The notes below the pieces were generated by a model that made no database searches, had not been told where the DNA came from, and was given only the letters and a program-made list of their open reading frames with translations. Of a stretch of DNA of 64,000 nucleotides, positions 1-9,163 are shown piece after piece. A program made the translations under genes and the position numbers. The DNA is from Spirochaetia bacterium (GTDB lineage Bacteria; Spirochaetota; Spirochaetia; UBA9216), in NCBI GenBank assembly GCA_963677925.2, contig CAXXYH010000004.1, forward strand, positions 1,600,001 to 1,664,000, given 5' to 3'. Every line of letters starts with the position of its first letter. Within the stretch, counting starts at the first letter, position 1.

Positions 1-27
1 CTTGCGAAGGTCATAGGCTGATAACTA

Positions 28-687
28 ATGGCAGAGAGACAGAAACTGGGCGACAAAGTATATGAACAGATCTCCGAGATGATTCTCAGGCAGGATATTG
101 CCTGCGGTGAGCGTATTTCGGTAGATGCGCTGTCAAAAAAGCTTGGTGTCAGCCGTACACCGGTAACCGAGGCGATTCAGAGGCTTGCAAAGGAGGGAAT
201 TGTGAATCTTTCCCTTCACCGAAGTGCCGAAGTATGTACATTCGGCAGAAAAGAGATCTCAGACCTCGGCTTTACCCGAATTGCACTTGATACAGTTGCG
301 GTTCAGCTTGCAGTCCGTCACGGGAGCAATGCCGACTTTGACGAACTGAGGCTTATTGCCCAGCAATGTCTGGAAACTGCCAAGTCCGGGGATATATATA
401 ACTGGATCAGGCTTGAATGTGATTTCCATCTGAGTCTGGCAAAGATCGGAAAGAACGACAATCTTGTTAAAATTATTGAAGAGCTTTATCTCAAGATAAG
501 ACTGCTCCAGTTTGTTATCTATAAAAATACCGAAATCAGTCTGAAGATGATCGAACTTCATTTTGATATGGTTGATAAGCTCAAAGAGCGTGATGTTGAA
601 GGTGTGATCAAGCTTATACACAGACATCTTGCCTATTTTTATGATCTTGATGATCACAGCATCAGAACAATGATAATTGACTTTTAG
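28..687 (+). CDS. GntR-family transcriptional regulator (wHTH + FCD domain)
   Basis: N-terminal GERIS...LSKKLGVSRTPVTEAIQRL HTH; C-terminal DFHLSLA...H...H FCD pattern. Confidence 0.9.
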   Translation: MAERQKLGDKVYEQISEMILRQDIACGERISVDALSKKLGVSRTPVTEAIQRLAKEGIVNLSLHRSAEVCTFGRKEISDLGFTRIALDTVAVQLAVRHGSNADFDELRLIAQQCLETAKSGDIYNWIRLECDFHLSLAKIGKNDNLVKIIEELYLKIRLLQFVIYKNTEISLKMIELHFDMVDKLKERDVEGVIKLIHRHLAYFYDLDDHSIRTMIIDF

Positions 688-697
688 GAGAACCAAT

Positions 698-2158
698 ATG
701 GCATTAATGACAGGAAAAGAGTACAGAGAGAGCCTTAGAAACAGACGGCCTCTTAACGTTTACATGGCAGGGGAGAAAATTGATAACCCCTATGATCACC
801 CTATTATCGCTGCATCAATAAATTCAATAGCACTCACCTATGAACTGGCCGAAGACCCTAAATACCGGGACGATATGACCGCCACATCGGCACTGACAGG
901 AAAGACCATCAACCGTTTCTGTCACCTCCACCAGAGTCCTGAAGACCTCTATAAAAAGGTTGGAATGCAGAGACTTCTCGGTCAGAAATGCGGTACCTGT
1001 TTTCAGCGCTGTGTCGGCATGGATGCATTTAACGCTACGTTCTCGACTACATATGAAATGGATGAAAAATATGGAACAAACTACCATGAGCGGTTTAAGA
1101 AATACATGCTTGAGGTTGAAGAGAGAGACCTGGTTGTAGACGGATGTATGACAGACCCCAAGGGTGATCGCGGTAAGAGACCAAGTCAGCTTTCAGATCC
1201 TGATCTCTATGTTCATGTAGTTGAAAGAAGGGAAGACGGTATTGTTATAAAGGGCGCAAAGGCCCATCAGACAGGCTGCATCAACTCTCATCATGCCCTT
1301 GTAATGCCCACTATTACGATGACTGAAGAGGATAAGGAATGGGCTGTATGCTGTGCGGTTGAATCCGATGATCCGGGAATCACATACATCTACGGCCGCC
1401 AGTCATGCGATACAAGGCTGACTGAAGATCCGGACGGAGACAACATGGATGCCGGAAGTCCCCGATTCGGAGGACAGGAAGCACTTATGGTTTTTGACAA
1501 TGTATTTGTCCCCTGGGACAGGGTTTTCATGGATGGCGAATACGACTTCTCGGGAATGCTTGTTGAAAGATTTGCCGGATATCACCGCTCAAGCTACGCA
1601 TGCAAGACCGGTGTCGGTGATGTAGCAATCGGAGCCGCCCAGCTGATAGCAGAGTACAACGGCGCCGCAAAAGCCTCTCATGTAAAGGATAAAATTGTTG
1701 AGATGAATCATCTTAACGAAACTATATGGTCAAGCGCAGCTGCATGCGCATGGCTTGGAAAGAAGATGAAGGCGGGCAACTATCTTATCGACCTTCTTCT
1801 GGCAAACGTATGTAAGCAGAATGTAACCCGCTTTCCTTATGAGATAGCAAGGCTCCTTCAGGACATTGCCGGCGGTATCATGGTAACAATGCCCCATGCA
1901 AAGGACCTTAAGAATCCCGCCACCGCTGATCTGGTTAAAAAATACCTGGCAGGAGCGGAAGGTACCGATACAGTGGAAAGAATGAAGGTTCTCCGTCTTA
2001 TTGAGAACCTGACTATGGGAAGAGCCGCTGTTGGCTACCTCACCGAGTCAATGCACGGTGCAGGGTCTCCCCAGGCTCAGCGTATTATGATTGCAAGACA
2101 GGCTGATGTCCAGCGCAAAAAGGAATATGCCAAAAACCTTGCAGGAATAAAGGACTGA
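698..2158 (+). CDS. abfD: 4-hydroxybutyryl-CoA dehydratase (FAD, 4Fe-4S)
   Basis: TCFQRCVGMD (CX3C), MTDPKGDR, GAKAHQTG, YHRSSYACKTG, ESMHGAGSPQAQR; start moved to ATG 698, which follows an AGGAG SD. Confidence 0.92.
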   Translation: MALMTGKEYRESLRNRRPLNVYMAGEKIDNPYDHPIIAASINSIALTYELAEDPKYRDDMTATSALTGKTINRFCHLHQSPEDLYKKVGMQRLLGQKCGTCFQRCVGMDAFNATFSTTYEMDEKYGTNYHERFKKYMLEVEERDLVVDGCMTDPKGDRGKRPSQLSDPDLYVHVVERREDGIVIKGAKAHQTGCINSHHALVMPTITMTEEDKEWAVCCAVESDDPGITYIYGRQSCDTRLTEDPDGDNMDAGSPRFGGQEALMVFDNVFVPWDRVFMDGEYDFSGMLVERFAGYHRSSYACKTGVGDVAIGAAQLIAEYNGAAKASHVKDKIVEMNHLNETIWSSAAACAWLGKKMKAGNYLIDLLLANVCKQNVTRFPYEIARLLQDIAGGIMVTMPHAKDLKNPATADLVKKYLAGAEGTDTVERMKVLRLIENLTMGRAAVGYLTESMHGAGSPQAQRIMIARQADVQRKKEYAKNLAGIKD

Positions 2159-2166
2159 GGTGAGCT

Positions 2167-3459
2167 ATGAAGGACTTGAAAAGTCTGTATAAGCAGAAAC
2201 TGACGGATGCCGCCTCTGCGGTATCCGTTTCGGTGAAATCAGGGGACCAGGTTGTGCTGGGGCACTGTGCCGGCGTGCCGGTTGAACTCACTGCGGCTAT
2301 GACTGCGCAGGCTGAAAGACTGAATGACGTAAGGGTCTTCCACATGGTGCCCCTGCATGACTGCTCCTACTGCGCTCCTGAATACGAGGGAACCTTCCGG
2401 CATACGACAATATTTGCCGGAGGACCTACCAGGGGCTCGGTAAACGAGGGACGGGCGGACTTCATTCCCTGCTATTTCTCAGAGCTTCCCAGACGATTTA
2501 GAGAGAAGACGATCGACTGCGATGTCGCGATGATTATGGTATCGCCGCCTGATGAGCACGGTTTCATGAGCTACGGAATATCGGTTGATTACACGCTGCA
2601 GGCTGCGCAGTCCGCCCGTGTGGTTGTAGCAGAAGTTAACAGCAGGATGCCGCGGACCTTCGGTTCGTTCATTCATGTTTCGGAGATCGACTATCTTATT
2701 GAAACCGACTATGATCCCATTGAAATACCGCTCCCTAAAATTACCGAGGTTGAACAGAAGATAGGCAGCTACGTTGCAGAGCTTGTGCCAGACGGTGCGA
2801 ACCTTCAGCTGGGCATAGGCGCAATTCCCGATGCAGCCCTGCATTTTCTCACAGAGAAAAAAGATCTGGGAATCCACTCCGAGATGTTCTCCGACGGTGT
2901 TGTCGATCTTTATGAAAAGGGTGTTGTAACAAACCGCTTCAACAATCTCAATCCGGGGAAATTTGTGGCAACCTTTCTTATGGGCACAAAACGCCTTTAC
3001 AGCTTTGCCCACAACAACCCTGCCGTCATGATGAAACCGGTGGATTACACCAATAATGTACTTGTTGCCGGCCATTTGAAAAAACTGATTTCCATAAATT
3101 CTGCGATCGAGGTAGACCTTTACGGACAGGTATGTGCCGACATGATAGGGCCTAAGCAGTTTTCCGCGGTAGGCGGCCAGGTGGACTTTGTCCGGGCAGC
3201 CATGCATTCAGAAGGCGGAAAGTCGATAATTGCCTTCCCTTCAACTGGAAAGGGCGGACAGATCTCAAGGATTACTCCCTTATTGAAAGCAGGAGCCTGC
3301 GTGACTACCTCGCGTCATGATGTTGATTACATTGTAACAGAATATGGTATTGCAGCGCTCAAAGGCAAATCGAACTCACAGCGAGCACAGGAGCTTATTA
3401 ACATCGCCCATCCCGATTTCAGAGATGAGCTGAGCGCTGCACTGAAGAGGAATGACTGA
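2167..3459 (+). CDS. cat2: 4-hydroxybutyrate CoA-transferase (acetyl-CoA hydrolase/transferase family)
   Basis: LQLGIGAIPDA, LGIHSEMFSDG, GGQVDF, VDYIVTEYG; directly follows abfD. Confidence 0.85.
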   Translation: MKDLKSLYKQKLTDAASAVSVSVKSGDQVVLGHCAGVPVELTAAMTAQAERLNDVRVFHMVPLHDCSYCAPEYEGTFRHTTIFAGGPTRGSVNEGRADFIPCYFSELPRRFREKTIDCDVAMIMVSPPDEHGFMSYGISVDYTLQAAQSARVVVAEVNSRMPRTFGSFIHVSEIDYLIETDYDPIEIPLPKITEVEQKIGSYVAELVPDGANLQLGIGAIPDAALHFLTEKKDLGIHSEMFSDGVVDLYEKGVVTNRFNNLNPGKFVATFLMGTKRLYSFAHNNPAVMMKPVDYTNNVLVAGHLKKLISINSAIEVDLYGQVCADMIGPKQFSAVGGQVDFVRAAMHSEGGKSIIAFPSTGKGGQISRITPLLKAGACVTTSRHDVDYIVTEYGIAALKGKSNSQRAQELINIAHPDFRDELSAALKRND

Positions 3460-4259
3460 TGGAATATACCAAACTCAAACTTGAAATAGCCGGCGGCACT
3501 GCGGTTATCACTTTCTGCAGTCCGGAAACCCTGAATGCCCTTAACTCTCAGGCTCTGACTGAACTCGGCGACGCTGTAGCGGAAGTTAAGAAAGCCGCAG
3601 CGGCCGACAGAAGGCTTCGGGCGCTGATAATTACCGGTGAAGGCAAGGCCTTCGTTGCAGGTGCCGACATCAAAGAGATGAGCAGCATGGGCTCCGTTGA
3701 TGCCGCCGGTTTCTCGAGGTTCGGAAACAATGTTTTCGCTGCGATCGACAATCTGCCGATTCCGGTAATTGCGGCCGTGAACGGTTATGCCCTCGGAGGT
3801 GGGCTTGAACTCGTGCTTGCCTGTGATTTTGCCTACGCTGCGGAGACCGCTAAGCTTGGACTGCCCGAGACCACCCTCGGCATTATTCCCGGCTTCGGCG
3901 GCAGCAAGAGGCTTGCCGATCGGATAGGGAAGGCCGCCGCCAAGGAACTGGTATTCACCGGCAGAATGATCGATACCTCCGAAGCCCTGAGGCTGAGGAT
4001 TGTGAATCGGGTTGTTCCTGCGGAAAGCCTGCTCGACACAGTAAAAACGGTAGTGTCCGAGATTTCAAAATCGAGTCCCAATGCCGCATGTGAGGTTAAA
4101 GAGCTTCTGAATAAGTGTCAGGACAACAGCATTGAGGCAATGACTGCATTGGAATCAAATAAGTTCGGCCTTATTTTCGGTCATCCTGATTCAGCTGAAG
4201 GCCAGAAAGCCTTTATAGATAAACGGAAACCCGACTGGTACAAAGGAGATAAAAGTTGA
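3459..4259 (+). CDS. crt: Enoyl-CoA hydratase (crotonase)
   Basis: AFVAGADI, AVNGYALGGGLEL, GLPETTLGIIPGFGG; start overlaps the upstream stop. Confidence 0.88.
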   Translation: MEYTKLKLEIAGGTAVITFCSPETLNALNSQALTELGDAVAEVKKAAAADRRLRALIITGEGKAFVAGADIKEMSSMGSVDAAGFSRFGNNVFAAIDNLPIPVIAAVNGYALGGGLELVLACDFAYAAETAKLGLPETTLGIIPGFGGSKRLADRIGKAAAKELVFTGRMIDTSEALRLRIVNRVVPAESLLDTVKTVVSEISKSSPNAACEVKELLNKCQDNSIEAMTALESNKFGLIFGHPDSAEGQKAFIDKRKPDWYKGDKS

Positions 4260-5107
4260 ATATAGAAAAAGCAGGAATCTTCGGCGGCGGGACTATGGGA
4301 ACCGGAATAATTCAGGTTTTTGCTTCTGCCGGAATTAAAACACATCTTGTTTCAGTAGTGGAGGGTGAGGCGGCTCGCAGTCTTGCATCAATTACCCGGA
4401 ACCTTGATAAGCTTGTTCAGAAGGAAAAAATTACTGCTGAACGTAAGGATGAAATCCTCTCAAATATAAGCAGTTCCGCAGATGTACAGGATTTTGCGGA
4501 CTGCGGGATAGTCGTGGAAGCGGTTCTTGAAGACAGGGAACTGAAAAAAAACATATTCAGACAGGTTGAGGACGCTGTTTCTGAGCAGTGCATTATTGCC
4601 AGCAACACATCAACCATTTCTATCACCGAGCTCGCTTCTGCTGTTAAACTGCAGGAAAGGTTTATCGGGGTGCATTTTATGAATCCGGCACCTGTGATGC
4701 AGCTCATTGAGGTTATAACTGCTCTTCAAAGTTCGCAGGAGACAATAGATACAGTAATGGCTCTCTGTGAGAAGCTCGGAAAAACCGGAGTGCTTGTTAA
4801 GGATTCTCCGGGCTTTGTTCTTAATCGGATTCTGATTCCCCTTATCAACGAGGGGGCGGAATGTCTTGATAACGGTATCGCTGATGCTGAAGCGATCGAT
4901 TCAATAATGAAGCTGGGAGCTAATCATCCGATCGGACCGCTGGCACTCGGTGATCTTGTAGGTCTTGATGTCTGCCTCAAGATTATGGAAGTTTTATACA
5001 GTGATTTCGGCGATTCCAAATACCGGCCGTCACCGCTGCTTCGCAGAATGGTTGCTGCCGGATATCTCGGCAGAAAGACCGGACGCGGATTTTACACATA
5101 TAACTAA
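4256..5107 (+). CDS. hbd: 3-hydroxybutyryl-CoA dehydrogenase
   Basis: GGGTMGTGI Rossmann motif, ASNTSTISIT, GVHFMNP, GANHPIGPL, LGRKTGRGFY; TTG start. Confidence 0.9.
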   Translation: MNIEKAGIFGGGTMGTGIIQVFASAGIKTHLVSVVEGEAARSLASITRNLDKLVQKEKITAERKDEILSNISSSADVQDFADCGIVVEAVLEDRELKKNIFRQVEDAVSEQCIIASNTSTISITELASAVKLQERFIGVHFMNPAPVMQLIEVITALQSSQETIDTVMALCEKLGKTGVLVKDSPGFVLNRILIPLINEGAECLDNGIADAEAIDSIMKLGANHPIGPLALGDLVGLDVCLKIMEVLYSDFGDSKYRPSPLLRRMVAAGYLGRKTGRGFYTYN

Positions 5108-5118
5108 GGAGATAAATT

Positions 5119-6258
5119 ATGATGAACATATGGCCTGTTCCGCAGGTGAAAATCGGAGAGAATGCAATAGCAGAAATTCCGGCAGCTCTGGATGCTCTTA
5201 GTGCAGATACAGTAATGGTGGTTACCGACCAGGGGATAATCAAGGTCGGAATCTACGATAAGGTTAAAAAAATTCTCGAAAATGCCGGAAAGAAGATTGT
5301 TCTTGTCGATGATGTTCAGCCGGATCCGAGTATGCAGCTGGTGGACAGTATTGCTGAAAAGGCACGTCACAGCGGTGCTGAGGCGGTTATCGGACTGGGC
5401 GGCGGTTCTTCAATAGATTCAGCCAAGGTAGCTGCGGCCCTTGTCGGAAATGAAGGCAGTATAAAGCAGTATCTCGGTGTCGGAATCCTTCCGAAGCCCG
5501 GACTGCCCATTCTTGCCGTTCCGACGACTGCGGGAACCGGTTCGGAGGTGACCTACCTCTCAATTCTCTCTGATCTTGAAAACGAGACAAAAAAGGGTTT
5601 CGGTACACCCTTTATCATGCCTAAATACGCCTTTCTTGATCCTCTGCTGACAGTAGGTCTTCCCCCGCACATTACCGCGCCTACCGGCATGGATGCTTTA
5701 TGCCACTGCGTTGAGGCCTATACCTCGGCCAATGCCACCGATTTCAGCGATTCACTGGCTGTAAAGGCTATTGAACTTATCGGAACTAATATCAGAACAG
5801 CCTTCAGCAACGGGGGCGATGTAAAAGCACGTGAAAATATGCTGCTTGGAAGCCTTATGGCCGGAATTGCCTTTGCAAATGCCGGAGTAACCGCGGTCCA
5901 CGCCTTTGCCTATCCGCTGGGAGGCATGTTTCATGTCCCGCACGGCATGGCTAACAGCCTGATGCTGCCTGTAATTATCAAGTTCAACGCCTCCGCAAAG
6001 AAAGAACGCTTCGGTCATGTTGCTGAACTGCTTTCGGGTAAGGCCGGCGCCGACTGGCAGGACTGTATTACAGAGGTTGAAAGGCTCTGTGTTGATGTAA
6101 AACTGCCCCGGAACCTGAAGGCAATTGATATTCCTGAATCGGCAATCCAGCCGATGTCGGTCTCGGTAATGGATCAGACAAGACTTCTTGTAAATAACCC
6201 GAGGGAGGTTACACAGAAAGACGCCTTTGATATTTATACAGAGGCCTGGGGACGCTGA
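5119..6258 (+). CDS. Iron-containing alcohol dehydrogenase (candidate 4-hydroxybutyrate dehydrogenase)
   Basis: GLGGGSSIDSAK, PTTAGTGSEVT, DALCH, HAFAYPLGG..HVPHG; substrate inferred from operon context. Confidence 0.85.
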   Translation: MMNIWPVPQVKIGENAIAEIPAALDALSADTVMVVTDQGIIKVGIYDKVKKILENAGKKIVLVDDVQPDPSMQLVDSIAEKARHSGAEAVIGLGGGSSIDSAKVAAALVGNEGSIKQYLGVGILPKPGLPILAVPTTAGTGSEVTYLSILSDLENETKKGFGTPFIMPKYAFLDPLLTVGLPPHITAPTGMDALCHCVEAYTSANATDFSDSLAVKAIELIGTNIRTAFSNGGDVKARENMLLGSLMAGIAFANAGVTAVHAFAYPLGGMFHVPHGMANSLMLPVIIKFNASAKKERFGHVAELLSGKAGADWQDCITEVERLCVDVKLPRNLKAIDIPESAIQPMSVSVMDQTRLLVNNPREVTQKDAFDIYTEAWGR

Positions 6259-6343
6259 GGACTGCAAAACAGGAGACTGCAGTGCAGATAACCCAGCTGC
6301 AGAGGGCTGTGCTGCGTGCCGGGGCAGTAATCTTTGTTCCAAA

Positions 6344-6380
6344 AGTTGGCCGGAAATTCTCCGGTCAGCTCTTTTTTTCT
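6344..6380 (+). terminator. Intrinsic terminator after the 4-hydroxybutyrate operon
   Basis: AGTTGGCCGGA/TCCGGTCAGCT stem followed by a T-tract. Confidence 0.7.
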
Positions 6381-6539
6381 CTGATTTAAGTATCCTTGTC
6401 TTGATTCAAATCATGATTTTTATTACTTTTTATCTGCAGCCCGCGTCTTTAAAAAAAATTAAAACAGAAAAATCAATGAAAAGCCGAATTTAACCTTATA
6501 AGTGGAAGTTTGAATTTTAGTTTACTATAATGGAAGAGG

Positions 6540-8060
6540 ATGTCAGATAAGACCAGTATTACAACAAAAATGATTCACCGCATCATCAGCTCGTCGCTTG
6601 AATGGCTTCGTGAAGGAAGAAGTTTCTCTTCTCCGGTTATCGAATACCAGGGTAAGCGGGTGAACGGTCGCTTTTATATTAATATAACCAGGGTAAATGA
6701 GCATAACATCCATCTTCAGGAAATTCTTGTTGCAAATGACGGTGAAAACCGGATTTTCCGTAACTGGAGCTTTAAAAAAGACGGATACTGGCAGGTTCTG
6801 AGCCTCGAGCGCGAGGGCAGACATGTAATTCTTGTTAACCTGCTTGATGAACTTTCAGATCTTAATATCCGGATAGACAGCATCTACCGCAGACTTAATA
6901 ATTCCGGTTTCTACTATACCGAAGAGTTTATTGCAGCTGATTATGATTACAGTTTTGAGAAGCTTTCCCTCTCTAAAGGCAGAATCTCCCGTTTTTTCAG
7001 CGGAATTTACAACGAACTGGCCCTTCATCCGGCTGTTTTTGTTCCTATTTTGTCCCTCGCTGTTCTTGTTCTGGCCTTTTTTGTAGGAAGCTACTTTGTT
7101 CAGGTTAACCGGATACAGAAAGGCCTGGATGTAACTATCGACGAATATCTTCTTCAGATAGGCAATCAGATGAAGAATATCGATTCTTTCATGGCTGATG
7201 CGGGCGGCGAGCTCGAGGTTCTGAAAGAAAATATGGAGAAATCAAAGGCTGACTTTGATTTCAACCGCCATAATGCATATGTCAATGTCATGCGGCTGGC
7301 CGAGGAACTTACAAAGTATCTTCCCGCCCGAAAGGAAGCCTACCGCCTGATAGCTTCAAATATTCTTGAATCCGTTTCCTACGGTGAAATCATATATGAA
7401 ATGTCCCAGCTCCCGTCTGAAGAGTATCAGGCGAGAATTTTTCTGGCTACCGAGGAACAGAGGGTTAACCCCCTCAGCCGCTATGCACCTGTTTTCAGTG
7501 AGATGATATATCCTGTTGAGGTGGCAGGCCTTGATAATGACGGCCGCGGCTTCCGTATTACCGACGGCTATATGGAGAAGCGTGAAGATCCTCTCGGTTC
7601 AGGAGGAGTTTCTCCGCATTTTGCTGTTGATATCATCAATGTTGCCAATATTGATTTTATTTCCTATGCCGGTGAGATAGTCAGGGAAGGCATGCCGAAC
7701 GGTGATGTAGTAGCCTCTTTTGAAGGTGTTGTAAAGCGTACAGTAGAAAATGATTCGCGATATGGAAATACGGTAGAAATATCTCATGCTCTATCCCGCG
7801 AGATAAAGACCCTCTATCCGGATGCTGAGGCCTGGACAACTTTCTATGCCCATCTTTACGAAGATATTCCAGTTCAAAAAGATGACTGGGTAAATACCGG
7901 TGATACCATTGGACTCATAGGAAATACAGGCCGTTCTACCGGTCCTCATCTTCATTTTGAAGTTCGTATTTACCGTAAATCCGGTGCCTATGCAGATGAT
8001 GACGGAAACCGTTACGACAAGGTTAACCCATTCCCTCTCAGTAATAAAAAGAAAAGCTGA
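6540..8060 (+). CDS. Membrane-anchored M23-family metallopeptidase
   Basis: Single TM segment around aa 165-187, helical stalk, HFAVD (HxxxD), YAHL, GNTGRSTGPHLHFEVR. Confidence 0.85.
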   Translation: MSDKTSITTKMIHRIISSSLEWLREGRSFSSPVIEYQGKRVNGRFYINITRVNEHNIHLQEILVANDGENRIFRNWSFKKDGYWQVLSLEREGRHVILVNLLDELSDLNIRIDSIYRRLNNSGFYYTEEFIAADYDYSFEKLSLSKGRISRFFSGIYNELALHPAVFVPILSLAVLVLAFFVGSYFVQVNRIQKGLDVTIDEYLLQIGNQMKNIDSFMADAGGELEVLKENMEKSKADFDFNRHNAYVNVMRLAEELTKYLPARKEAYRLIASNILESVSYGEIIYEMSQLPSEEYQARIFLATEEQRVNPLSRYAPVFSEMIYPVEVAGLDNDGRGFRITDGYMEKREDPLGSGGVSPHFAVDIINVANIDFISYAGEIVREGMPNGDVVASFEGVVKRTVENDSRYGNTVEISHALSREIKTLYPDAEAWTTFYAHLYEDIPVQKDDWVNTGDTIGLIGNTGRSTGPHLHFEVRIYRKSGAYADDDGNRYDKVNPFPLSNKKKS

Positions 8061-8065
8061 AATTC

Positions 8066-9163
8066 TTGAAATACCGCTATGCAGCTGTGATTCCTGCAGC
8101 AGGTCTTTCTTCCCGGATGGGACAAACCAAGGCCCTGATGGAGATCGGCGGGCTTCCGGTCATTGTACGTCTAATCAGAATGATCAGGCTTGCAGGGCTG
8201 TCTGATATCATAGCTGTTACCGGACATGACTCCGAAAAGATATCTCCTGTCGCAGAAAATGCCGGTGCCCGAACAGTTTACAATCCTGATTATCCGGAAG
8301 GCATGTTAACTTCGGTCAAGGCAGGGATAAGAGCCGCAGATCCCGCCGATGCGGTATTTATGCTCCCTGTTGATATTCCGCTTGTGACTGCATTTACACT
8401 AATTTCAATGATTGAACGCTATGAAGAATCTCCCGGCAGGATTGTTTATCCGGTTTTTAATGGAAGACGGGGACATCCTCCGCTTATTCCCTCTGTAATT
8501 TTCAATGACATTTTATCATATTCGGGTAAGGGCGGATTGAGAAAGTTTCTTGAAGCGGATGAAAATCTGTCCTCTGAGCTTGATATAGATGACCCCGGAA
8601 TCCTTAGAGATATGGATACTTCTGATAACTATTCGCAGCTTGTTGATTTCTATGCTGAATGCCAGTGCCCAAAGCCTGATAAGTGTCTGAGTCTGCTGGA
8701 ATATTACAGGCTGCCTAAACCTGTTGTTAAACATAGCAAAAAGACTGCTGAACTGGCAGCAGATATAGGAAGCCGTTTGAATTCTGCCGGGCTGGAGCTT
8801 TCCATCCCCCTGCTGCGGACTTCCGGATTACTTCATGATATAGCAAAAACACGTCCTGACCATGCAGCCCGTGGTGCCGGACTGCTTCGAATCCACGGCC
8901 TTGATAAAGCAGCTGATATTACTGCAGTGCATATGGACCGGGAGTTTAAAGCCGGTGAAACTCTGTCCGAGGCTTCAATACTGTATCTTGCAGATAAACT
9001 TCTTTCGGGCTGTGAAATAAGAACCCTCGATGAGCGGAGGGCCGAGTCTCTTGCAAAAAAAGCTGCTTTACCCGAAATTATAGAGGCTGTAAACCGCCGT
9101 TTTGATGCGGCGGAGGCCATCAGGGATGAAGTAGAAAGAATACTGAAGCAGCCCCTGTTTTAA
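8066..9163 (+). CDS. MocA/MobA-like NTP transferase fused to an HD domain
   Basis: IPAAGLSSRMG..KAL, LPVDIP, GHPPLI, DMDT; C-terminal H...LLHDIAK...HMD...ADK; TTG start. Confidence 0.8.
   Translation: MKYRYAAVIPAAGLSSRMGQTKALMEIGGLPVIVRLIRMIRLAGLSDIIAVTGHDSEKISPVAENAGARTVYNPDYPEGMLTSVKAGIRAADPADAVFMLPVDIPLVTAFTLISMIERYEESPGRIVYPVFNGRRGHPPLIPSVIFNDILSYSGKGGLRKFLEADENLSSELDIDDPGILRDMDTSDNYSQLVDFYAECQCPKPDKCLSLLEYYRLPKPVVKHSKKTAELAADIGSRLNSAGLELSIPLLRTSGLLHDIAKTRPDHAARGAGLLRIHGLDKAADITAVHMDREFKAGETLSEASILYLADKLLSGCEIRTLDERRAESLAKKAALPEIIEAVNRRFDAAEAIRDEVERILKQPLF

Noticed and set aside
1-21. Tail of an upstream CDS (LAKVIG*)
   Set aside because: Plausible, but too short to support a call.
6227-6493. 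88-aa Cys-rich ORF after the ADH gene
   Set aside because: It overlaps the ADH end, runs through the terminator hairpin and has no clear SD, so it is probably spurious.
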